Made by a program: the position numbers and the translations under genes. A stretch of 64,000 nt of DNA from Phoronis australis (lineage: Eukaryota > Animalia > Phoronida), in NCBI GenBank assembly GCA_002633005.1, contig NMRA01000253.1:259251-323250 (forward strand). Reading direction: 5' to 3'. A model generated the notes under the pieces. It did no database searches. It worked only from the letters and a program-made list of their open reading frames with translations, and had not been told where the DNA came from. This document shows positions 1 to 11,191 of this stretch, one piece after another. Each line of letters opens with the position of its first letter. Within the stretch, counting starts at the first letter, position 1.

Positions 1-1274
1 CACGTGCCGCCAACCGAAACCTTGTGTGGGTGACTGTTTTGTTTGGTAACTTAGGGTCATTTTGGACCCTAGGGAAATGTCCAAATTTGCTACCATTGAA
101 CGTCATAGCTCAGAACAGAAAGGTGCATAGAAAAATTCTGACAGTCTTTCATGTATGCACTGTATACCAAGACGATGTTGGAATTTGTTTTTAAACTTTG
201 TAAGTTTTATCTTCAGGGGATATCAATAATGAGCTTGATAGATTTCATTCAAAAACTCCAAAGTTACACCAAAATGAAAGCGAAACTTCAATTTTAAAAA
301 AAGCTGTAGCAGCGTTTTTGAGATTTCTGCTTGGACTTTAAGTCAAATAAAATTTGTTTGCGATATTAATGACGTTATTTTGCACTCAATGCACCTTTCA
401 TTCTTTGTAATTTTTTGGCAAAAATCATGGTCACGTGGCCCAAGTAATGGCTGACTGGAAAAAGAGAATCTCAAGTACTACAGGCTTTCTACTTTCAGAA
501 AATATATACTTTTACTTTTACTAATTACACTGCATACACACTTAGGGATAACGTCCCACATAACCTTAAACAGGACTGACCGATTTTTATTACTATGCAA
601 GCGTAGCGTGCTCACTCCATCCGTTGCTGACACTATTTTCACGAAAGACGTCGCTCTAGTCGGTTGGCGACTACGCTAGTGTTGCTTTACTTAGTGTTTA
701 TGACTCACAATAGGTTAACGTGGCTCGTTTCTTGGTGAGCCATGTTAGCACTGGTTCCACTGATAATCTGTGCAGGCTTAGTCTAATAATTTATAACGAT
801 CTTTAACTTTGGATGACATAATATTTGACTCGTAGATATCGAAGTTGCCATTAACAGACACAAGGGCGCAACTGTTTAGAGTGCAGACTAAATAAGAAAG
901 TTACTGAAAGTCGGCGACGCAGGCACAAAGGTGGTATCCAGCCCAACATCGCCTATGTACCGATTAGTGTGCAGGCAAATTTGAAGCGTTTAATATTCTG
1001 TGTTTTTGAGCCATCAATTTTTTAAGCCTGCAGTAACTAAGTCAAACGTTTTTCCAGAGCCTGCACCCTACGAGGTGATGCCGCAGTTTTGCATACGGTC
1101 TCGATTGTCTTTCAAGATTCCTCTTACCAACAAATAGTTATTTCACCACAGACAGGTTACGTTTCTACTTACCACCATTTTCATGGGAGCATCACCATTG
1201 CCCCGCTGCAAAATTACAGAAAATGTTAAGTTTCCCACATCTTTGCAAATGATTTTGGACAATTTGTTTTACAG

Positions 1275-1416
1275 GCGTTGGTACGTGTGGTTGATAATTG
1301 GAGTTGTGGCCTTCGTCATCTTCCTCGCCGTAACCTGCTGTATCTGCTGCTGTTGCAGCTGCTGCGCGTTGGCCCAGCGTCGCCAAGCGCGCGGAGGATA
1401 CGTCATTGTACAATAG
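1275..1416 (+). CDS. Last coding exon of a Cys-rich single-pass membrane protein (Shisa-like/CYYR1/WBP1-VOPP1-like)
   Basis: Acceptor ttgttttacAG at 1273-1274, then RWYVWLIIGVVAFVIFLAVTCCICCCCSCCALAQRRQARGGYVIVQ*. This is a W-rich juxtamembrane segment, a TM helix, a Cys cluster and a basic stop-transfer segment. Upstream exons were not found. Confidence 0.65.
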
Positions 1417-1571
1417 ACGCCCTTGCTGACACCATAGTCATTTGGTTAAGAAGAATATAAATTTGCTGTAATTGTTTTTACGCGACGTGCTGACTTCGAT
1501 CGTATTAAGTCGTGTATCCGGAACACCTCGGACATTTGCGTTATCACTGCTTTATCATATGTCAACATCAG

Positions 1572-1800
1572 GACCCGGGGACTAATCTTTGTACTCGAAA
1601 TCGAACTGGAAACTATTTTTGACATTTTCTGTTCTACATTTGTGCGAACTCGAGGCAAATGTGTGTTATTCTGTGCTCAAGTACATTACGTTTGCCCTTG
1701 GTGAACCCAGCATCAACGCCATAAGTTCAAGTCTGAACTCGAAACTCCGAATATTTACTCGAAGTCTAAGATTTTTATTCGCATTTGTAGTTAGAAAGCT
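1572..1800 (-). mobile_element. Diverged partial copy of the Harbinger-like MITE family
   Basis: CAG followed by GACCCGGGGACTAATCTTTGTACTCGAAATCGAACTGGAAACTATTTTTG, which aligns with the reverse complement of the right end of the MITEs at 22624 and 57371. Confidence 0.65.
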
Positions 1801-4276
1801 CAAGAATCATCACTTGGGAACTTGGACTAGATACTCGTCCACGTGAATCATAAGACACTCGAGCCGAGAAAAACTGAAACTTATCGTAATTTTGCACAAA
1901 AATAAAACGGAAAATGTCAGAAAACTTGTAGTTCGACTTTCGGTACTGTTATGAATAACTTGTGATATTTTAGTATGGCTTGTGAGTATTAAGTATAGCA
2001 CAGAAAGTTTGGGCGCATTGCGTGAACGCGTGTAAAACTGATGTGATCACATGATTCTCTTGTAGTGGCATGAGGTTCTGTCAAGCATTTACGAGATCTT
2101 GTTTTTCTGCTAGAGACTTGCATCAACGGAACGCAGCCGTAACTATGTTCGTAGTTCGTGTTCAGCGATTGTTTCATTAATGTAATGATGCATTTTTGTA
2201 ATTTTTTTTTCAAAAAAGCGCACTGCGCATTAAGACCGCTGATGAGAACGAGGCATAAAATTGCCCCAGCAAGTGTTTAACAACTCCAATAAGTGTCCTA
2301 CAGCGTTTGAAAGTAGTGCAAGAGCCACGAACCAACGTAGACCAATTTCTAGAAGGCTACAGAAACACTGCTTCGTCTAGAGTGACAAGGGATCCGAATT
2401 ACACTTAATGACAACTTTGTTTCCAAATTCCATCAACTGAATGCATGAATGTTTTTTAAATCAAGGGCAACTATAATAAGGCCGCCTGTTTGTGACGATT
2501 TTTGTAAATAAACTGGCTCACAATTACGAATGTTTTTTTTCTATTATTTTATCTTTATTATGAGCTCCTCTTTGACTAACGGCATTTTCTGACAATATAA
2601 CTAAAGACTGAGCCTTAATTTAGTAGCGTTGCAAGAGAAGATCCATATTCATTTTCGATATATCTGTGTCAAAAGAACGAAAGAAATACGAAAAACACTT
2701 AGGAAACTTAGTTGAGTCCCTATTTGTGACTGTTTCATGCAACCGGGCACTGCAGTCTACAATTGCTGACATCACACGGATAGCGCGGTATTTGCCACAG
2801 ATCACGAGAATTAATGAACCAGGAAGTACATGTCCCTGATCTCAGATGGCGCATTTGTGGGATTTTCGAAGGCCGGAAAGGAGAGTTTTGTGCCCGACGT
2901 TGGGTCTCCTCTTTGTTAAAAAACCCGTTTTGAAAAGAAATTTTAATAACATTTAAGAAGTAAGATGCGGGCCACTGTTCACTGAAAATGGACATTTACT
3001 CGGTGACCAGACAAGTCGGTCAAACAAGCCGATTATACTTTTCAGTCGACAAATTTTTCGCGAACTTATAGATTGTGTCCAGTATGGTCTCGGAGAAAGC
3101 ATTTTACAACCGCCTTAATTATCCTAAACAAATTTTAGTATTGCTTATTTGGGAACACATAAAGAACACACAGCTAGGGCACATAACAAATTATGTAGTT
3201 TAACTACAATGCTGCGTTCATAATTCAACTCTATTGTTCAGAAATACAAAACACACAATCTAAATTCAGAACAACTAGTATGTATCACTAATCAAAACGC
3301 ACAAAACATCGTGATTGTGCAATGCGAAATAAACTAATTATGACAAAGTGAATATAACTTAAAATTTAAGAGGCATTGTCTGAGAAAACCTGCAAAATTG
3401 CAAAATGTTGACGGAGGCACATTCAACAATTAAGTTGATACTTTGAACACCGATTTGTACTCACATATGAATAACTAAATCACGTCTGTTTTTTATGTGG
3501 AGTCATTCTGTAAAAATAATAAATACTTTCAGTCGGTGTTTTTCTTCACACACAGGACGAAGAATGTCCTAAAAGACAAAAAGAATACCAACACTAACAG
3601 AGCTGGAAGCCAGTTTGTGACTTTGAATAATCATGACTAGTGAAACTGAAGCCATTGCTGTGCTTGAGAACTGATTTCGTTGAGCATCTGAGTGAATTAG
3701 TATTTCATCTCGCCTTTTTGGTGACGCACTAAAATTGACCCAACGTCACTCCAGTTAGGCCTTGGTTAGGCTTAGTAAATATCGAAGTATTCCGATAGTA
3801 GAAGTCCGATTATGAAAAAGTGGTTCCAAATTATATTTAAAAAATGGTGTCTTAGTAAAGAAAAGCCTTTTTTGTTCTCCGTAATACTATTTGAACTTTG
3901 GCATAATTCATTCTTTTTGACAATCCGACTTTATTCGGAGGCACTTTTGTATAATTGCCTTGGCAATTATCAGTGAAGGTTGATGTCAGGTGACATACCG
4001 AAAGTCTTCAAATTGCGAATTTTAATAGAAACAGAGCACGAAATTACAATTCGTCTCTGTATCATTCCTCATAATGAATTATACATAGAATAAAATTATT
4101 TTTGAATAAAACACAAAAAGTTTAACTGAACTTAAAACAAGAATTTTAGTTTTGAGAGTGCAAGAGAAGGAAGACACAAGAATGGCGACCCTTTGTGGGC
4201 ATGTGTTGTTCATTCTCTCTAAAATCCACAGTAAAGTGTTGTGAAGTCGGGGATAAAAAGAATCTGACGAAGTGTT

Positions 4277-4630
4277 ATGAGCAATGACAGAGATACTTCC
4301 AAATATCTACGGTACATACATGTACATGTACATGTAAACATATTGGACGACGTAACGGGGTGGAAACTTTTGTTGAACAGAGCTGGATTTGACGAAGGCT
4401 CGGCTGCTGAACTGACGGTGTGTCCCCTTCATAGAAACAAGTTTGGTGTAGAGTACTTCGCAACTAAACTCTGTGCCAACCCAGATCATGAAGCGAAGCA
4501 GAAGAGGTGTCCTAAAGCTCCGAGAGGTTGTCGCACTATAAATTTTTCCTATGTTGGAGGATATAAAAACTGTGAGAAATGTGATCCTGCCCATTGGATC
4601 AGGTATGCATTGTTTAATCCTGCCTTCTAA
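4277..4630 (+). pseudogene. N-terminal Cys/His-rich remnant of the Sola3-type element ORF
   Basis: LTVCPLHRNKFGVEY..LCANPDH zinc-finger-like segment inside the TIR element. Confidence 0.5.
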
Positions 4631-5371
4631 TTTAACCGAAAATAGGCTCTAGTCGGATATAATGGACCCTGACTTGGAGAACCAGGCAATCACTAGACGC
4701 GGCTCTGAATTCAGCTCCTGCCTGCAAATTTCCAGTTGGAGTTTGATGGAGTGTGGAGTTTAGGGGTGCGGGCGTAAAATCAGTCCCTTCAGTTTCGACG
4801 TGGGTTTATGGTGTTGTAGCTGACATATGGATGCATAGCCATTAAATAATTTCCACTCCCAAACTGTGACCAAATATTATCTGTTTCAATAATACTAGTG
4901 GCAAGTTTGTCTGTCCTCTGATCATAATACATTTAGCTTTGTGTTTGGCTGGTTCAATTTTGTCTTTTACAACCACAATAAAACCTGCCAACTCAGAGCT
5001 AAAGCAGGCCACTTGTACGAAAGGCGATATTGTTTAGGCATGTAAACAAGGGGTGGAAATAAGTCCATGACTACACCTTTTTCTAGTACAGTTACAAGTC
5101 CCTTAAACTCCATTCCTGGTTCAGCAGAAGCCAAACTTGTTACAAATCCCAGACCGTTTATTCGTGTCTCTGCATGTGCACTGAAAAAGCTCCATACATG
5201 TATGCGACCATAGAATCGAGTCCCAGGGATTAGTCTTCATGGATGCACCTAAAGTCAGTGTCAGGACTTCAGAGCGCAGATATGAAACCTGGTTTCTGAT
5301 ACTGTACTTAGGTAATTGCAGTGCGTGTGTGTAGTTGAGGAAGTTTTCTAAATGCCATTTCATGTCACCGG

Positions 5372-7144
5372 ATGAACCGTAATCTTCCTCCTGTTGAGAT
5401 GTTTTGCCCTAATTTTTCAGATGATTACAAGCAAATGCCGGAGGAAGTATTTAGATTTTCAACATTAGAGGAAGGTTGGGCATTGAAATCGGTCAAAAAA
5501 GCCCCAAGAATGTCCAAAAGTGTGAGGGATTTCTTTGCAAATATGTTTAACGATGGCGAGAAAAGTGGCCAAAAAGCAGACCCATGACATTGTGTTCAGG
5601 CCATCAGATCGAAGTTTCCTTCCAATGAGTGTGGAAGAACTAATTAAAAAGACAAAACAAGACTATAAGATGAAAGTTATCTCCAATATCAAAAATGTCT
5701 CCAAAATTCTAAGGAATATATAGTAAACAAAATTCGAGGACAGGTAAAGCAATCATCATACCCCACCATCCACTCAAAAGAATCCAACTCTCAGGCGTCA
5801 TCCAAAGCCGATAAAAGTATCTTATTTCTAGACTACTTCACTGCCAAGAGTCACATTGCACCAACAATAAACTTTCCAGAATTCCCAAACAGAACATTAG
5901 AACACCTCTCTTACATAGAAGCCCAACCATCTGAAGTCAGAAAACTACTAGAAAACATTGACGAAAACAAAAACGACGGTACCAATCTCATAACCAATAA
6001 AATGATCAAGATAATAGCAAGAGAGCTTACACTTCCTCTGACAACATTATACAACAAAATATTACAATCTGGAAAATTTCCTTTGAACTGGAAGCTTGGC
6101 GTTATGATACCAATACACAAAAAGAACTCCAAAACAGACATTGCCAACTATCGCCCCATAACTCTACTTAACACCTTATCCAAAATTTTAGAAAAAATCA
6201 TTTCTCAGCACATGTTTGACCACCTCTCTTCACAAAACCTCATATATCGTCGCCAATTTGGATTCATGCCTGGTAACAGCACTGTGTCGCAACTTACAGA
6301 AATTGTACACGACATCCACCTCCAGTTTGAGCAAGGGTACAANATCCTCATGTTTTCTTTGCTTGTGAGGTATGCAAGGAGGAGAGGGTACAGCTCTTCC
6401 AGGCACTCGAACAATACCCCAATGTTTATAAAAATACTCTGAAATTCCTCAATTGTACAACAAAATTAATTTCTTTCTATATGGATGTCAAGAACTTAAC
6501 TCAAACGAAAATATGGTTTTATTTGAAATAGTATCAGAATTTCTTCATAACATTAAATCTCTTTGTGTGAGTGGATAGAATTTTATACATCTGTATGAAA
6601 ATAAATTATTTTCATTCGTTGTCATATATCATTGTATTCTTAACATCATTTTTTATTTATGTATTTGTATATAATCATTGTATATAGACTTCTTTATATT
6701 TTTTTACCCAGATCTAATGCCTCTTGGCGCTTTCTGGGTTATGTATATTCATTGTATTCTGAAGATTTCGTAATAAACATTAAAAAAAAAAAAAAAAATG
6801 AGTGACGTACAGCCAAGCAGATATCAAGCTTGTTTTCACGACTTGCACTTCAAATAAAATGCAAAGCAGTTTTTGAAGAGGAAGACGAAGATGATGTTGC
6901 AAATGGTCGACGTATCTGGGAGGAGGAAATTAGGGAAGTAGGGGTAATGCACACGATTATGTACGGAGGAGAAAACTTAAGTGAGATGGTGAGGGACAAA
7001 AAGTTGAGCTATCTGAAAGTTGTGAATTTGAAAGAAATTTGCAAGCTGCTGGACATAGACATTAAGCTATGTAAGCGTAAATCTGAATTTTTGAATATTG
7101 TTACAGGTTGCTTAGAGATGTGCTCTTGCCATGCTGATGTCTAG
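5372..7144 (+). pseudogene. C-terminal remnant of the transposon ORF, split by a LINE insertion
   Basis: GWALKSVKKAPRMSKSVRDFFANMFNDGEKSGQKADP*HCVQAIRSKFPSNE continues in frame after the LINE as *RTAKQISSLFSRLALQIK... once 5632-6804 is removed. Confidence 0.65.
5632..6796 (+). mobile_element. 5'-truncated CR1/L2-group LINE with poly(A) tail and 8-bp TSD
   Basis: RT motifs FPLNWKLGVMIPIHKK..NYRPITLLNTLSKILEKI..QFGF (6002-6342). AATAAA then poly(A) at 6782-6798. TSD AATGAGTG at 5624-5631 and 6797-6804. An N at 6343 coincides with loss of the rest of the RT. Confidence 0.9.
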
Positions 7145-10100
7145 AATAGATTTTTAACTGATTTGTTCACCCCTTCATCAGCGGGTGCTTACCGAGGTTG
7201 AGGGTGTGGGTAGGCATTGTGATGTTTGTAGTAAACAGGAATGTGACATTGGTGGTCACCTATGCCATTGTATTTGCAAGCTACTTGATTGAGACTCAAA
7301 CCTATTGAAATATATTTCAGTTGCAACGCTAAGTCTCATCACAGTGGCTTACATCTGTTGTTGAACCCTTGAAAGAGTCGATGTCTTTCTGAGAGTTTTA
7401 TGGTTTTCTATAAATATTGAAAGGTGTAAACTGCTGGTAATACGAGTGGAGTGATTTGACACGATTTAGGGTGTGCCACTCTCGAACTTTTCCAGTCGGA
7501 ACCAATATTGGTGCATTTTCTACCAAGTTTACCATTGCCTTGAAAAGCCTTGTTACATATTATTAGACTCGTTTATTCTTTACTGTTGGTGGATGACACA
7601 AAATAAGGTTATTTTATGGAGTTTTGATTGATTTACATAAACTTCTGTGTGCCTTTCATTTTGGCTTCCTCTCTGTTGGAAATGATTTGGTTTAGTTTGT
7701 TTTTTGATCCAATTTTTGTTTCGCTCAGTACATATAGTTTTCTATGTAACGTTGAGCAGACTTTAAGAGAACTCTGTCAGACTCTGCTAAATTGGATAAA
7801 CTTTCTCCAAAATTATTTGACAGATTAGTGGGACTTCTGTGTCTATGAAATATAGAAATTCTGTGTCAGCTTTATGTGAAGTTATTGCACCTAGCTGTTG
7901 CCTTTCTAGATAAGATGCTATGTGTACATTATGTAGTAGTTCATGATGGTGCAACTCTGACGTATTCCTGTTTTCATCTAATTTACGGTTGAAAGTATGG
8001 GTTTTAAAAGCTAGTTATGTATGTTTTTACATTACTTGAAGATCATAATATTATACGAATAGACATTCGAGTTCTTTTGCATATAAACAATTTTTTTATT
8101 TATTATTTGAAAGATGTATTCATTGTCTTTAGATTCTTGTAGTTTAAGGACCCCTTTTAATAAAATCGTACGCTCTGTCCATAGTTAGACGTTGTTATAT
8201 TAAGGACATAATGACTACTAGACAAACAATCCACGTGTAAAACAATGATATACGTAACTGGATCATGTTTCATAGTATGAAGGTCATCATAGACCATTTA
8301 ACATGTGAGGAAACTTATTGCTTCTGTTCTGTCGTAACAATTCTATAATACGTTGAATTTTTCCTTTGTAACTCCATTTTAATAATGTAGTGAGAGTTAT
8401 TGCAAAATAAACAAACCGTCATGTTTGTTCGATACTAATATTAAGAGATCTTTTCAACATTCATTTTATTACAAATCATTGCCCATTACTGATCTTACAG
8501 AGTCATAATTGTCGGCATGTTCGATTATTTTCTTCTCAGTGAAACTAGAAAACAAAAAAGGATGGTAGAAAACTTTAATCTGATGTGAGATGGAGTAACC
8601 TCATAGACAGAAATATTGTTGTGGAGTTTCTGTTTATGTGCAATAGTGATTATGAATTGAGGTGTTCTGTAAAATTGAAATCAAGAGCACATTTTTCTTG
8701 GTGGTGTACAGCTTTGAATTGACGTTGATGATTCCTGTTGTGGGTACTCCAGTGTCGTACTAAGAATAAACTCTAGTGCAATTTTTTGGGGGTTGTGCAC
8801 ATGTCGTATACAATGATTACCTTTTCAAAAACCACTTTTTCAAACTCGCGGCTTTTACAAAATTGTCTGTAGATTTCATAACTTGTGCAACTGAATCTTC
8901 TGCATAGAAAGTGAATGTTCTACATTCAACAACTTGCAATGAAGTGTGTAGTTGCTATACACATTCCTTGATATTTGGGTATTTTTGTAAAGAAATATTT
9001 TTATTTTGCTCACGTTGTGGCAACAAATCTAATTGGCAAAATATGCCCCCCTACCCTTTAGCAATTTTATTTTTTTGCCAATTTTGTACTGAATGTTGTC
9101 AAAAATTCTACTCATTATCCAAAAGGCGTATATCAAAATGTCACCTTACTCAACCGTTGGCTTTTGTTTAGTCAGCTGGCTTTGTATCAAGGCTAGCTTT
9201 TGTTAAGCTCGTGCTACGACGACTGATGAGGGAATCACCGTACACGACCCAGTTCTTGAAATGATAGCCAGTTGAAAGAGTGAATACTAGAAATTGCTTA
9301 ATACACTATCAAACTAGCAAGAATTTAAAACACAATCGCAACTCTCGTCGATTGACTAGGAAATCGAGTCTGGCGGGGCCTGCTATTGAATACTAAACAC
9401 TGCTTAGTGCTATTGTATTTACAGCAACCGATTCCACGCGAAGTAAAAACAACAACTTAACATATTTCTACTAATTATTAAATAAATACCATGTATTCGC
9501 ACATAAATAAGAGCCAAATTTCGAAGGAAATCGCTGTACAAACAGACGCTATCGACTTTTCCTGTTTTGGTAAGCTGTTCAATTTTACCTCCAAAGCTTC
9601 ATAGAAGTGTCCAAAATTCTGTGTATTAGGCGACATTTCACAGGAACTGTGGAAAAACTCCTACAAATTTGACGATGGAATATTTTTATTTCACCTTAGT
9701 TTGGTAGAAGAAAATATCTCACTTTAAATAGATAGGAACCACTTTTTAATAAAAGCCTTTTGAAATTCTACACTTGCTACCCATTTCCCTATTGGAATAA
9801 ATGGGAATATTAGATGTGCTGTAATCCATACAAAAACATTTTTTGGATTTTTTAAAATAACTTTTTCTCTTATTGTTTGATATCCTTAACAAACCCCATT
9901 GCCAAAATCCATGCACTTTAACTTGCCTCCGCCAACCTCTGCAGGTTTTCTCAGATAATGCCTCTTAAGCAAGTTTCCTTCAGCATACAATGTACCTCAC
10001 ATTTCACAGGGGCCTTCGATAATGTCCTTTCAGCGCCACTTCCCTTCTTACTAACTGAGTTTCTTTTCACAGTAACTCTTTTGAAGAGATCATAATAGCA

Positions 10101-10725
10101 AAAGCGGGAACTATTCGGTCTAAATTGATACAAAATAGGTTGTTTTTGGGGTGGCATTCTCCTTTTTAAAGTCGCATACACCAACTCGTAGTGAATAGCG
10201 ACACAGGCAGTAAACAAGAATTTTATTGTGCATTCATTTTAGTTGCAGTAGGTTGTACGACTATGTAGTTGATAAAACGTGGCCTAAAGTTGTACTGTTG
10301 TTGCGCCTGCTAGATAATTGTCTAGGTTATTGTTGAAATTTACTCCCCTTTATTTGATATTCAGAAAATGTATCAACTTTTTATGGCGATTTCTTACAAT
10401 ACTGTTTATAAGAGCTAATGTTCAAAGTGCAGTAAGAATGCGGACGCATATTTTGCCATCGCGATTGTTTCTGGAACACAACTTTGGTTCTTCATCGTCA
10501 GTTGTTGTTAATGGCTCATGGGGTTGCTGTTATGCAAATGCAAATATAGTCAAAACCATTTCTTTTCGTATTTTGCCGATTTGGAAGCAGACTCCACGAT
10601 CTTAATAAGTAGTTATGGACTGTCAGATTACAGTGCTTCAGCATTCCAAGAAAACTATATCCTTATTTAGACCCTGTGTGATGAAAACTATTGTGTGAAA
10701 TGGATCTATATCAGTTTTGAAAAAG

Positions 10726-10914
10726 GTAATGTTGTTAATTGTAATGTTGTTAATTGTAATGCTGTTAATTGTAATGCTGTTAATTGTAATGTTGTTAATT
10801 GTAATGTTGTTAATTGTAATGTTGTTAATTGTAATGTTGTTAATTGTAATGTTGTTAATTGTAATGTTGTTAATTGTAATTTTGTTAGTTGTAATGTTGT
10901 TAATTGTAATGTTA
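10726..10914. repeat. 15-bp minisatellite (GTAATGTTGTTAATT)n, about 12 copies
   Basis: Directly visible; it explains the NITIN/NCNVV/IVMLL ORFs. Confidence 0.95.
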
Positions 10915-11191
10915 AGTAGTTCTGGAGGTATTATCAATCAGCATCTGATCATTATTCTCTTAGTAGTGTTGCTCTTTTGATTGCGCCATAGGCCTTATAT
11001 ATATTTTTATCCCATACGTATTGAATCTGTCGAGGCCGGAAATACTGCCATCTAATAGTGTTCCGTATTCACCTCCCGCACTACTTCACCAGTGACCTCT
11101 GACGTGGAAAGTTCAAAATATAGGTCAATATTGACTCGACGTCGTTAGCTGGTTAGATCATCAAACTCTCGGAAAATGGTTTAAAATAATA

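Larger units (their letters stand above)
3370..9964. mobile_element. Sola3-type DNA transposon, internally deleted and degraded
   Basis: TTAA|GAGGCATTGTCTGAGAAAACCTGCA at 3370 and TGCAGGTTTTCTCAGATAATGCCTC|TTAA at 9964. GAG..CTC termini with a TTAA TSD are Sola3 hallmarks. A further inverted match (AAAAAGTGGTTCC ~3815 vs GGAACCACTTTTT ~9735) suggests long degenerate TIRs. Confidence 0.8.

Noticed and set aside
1058-1074. Possible 17-nt micro-exon (tttccAG..GAG|gtgatg) upstream of the TM exon
   Set aside because: The attractive reading EPAPYE ends in phase 0, incompatible with the phase-2 acceptor at 1275; unsupported.
10638-10980. ORFs with NITIN, NCNVV and IVMLL repeats
   Set aside because: Products of a stop-free 15-bp minisatellite, with no other sign of coding.
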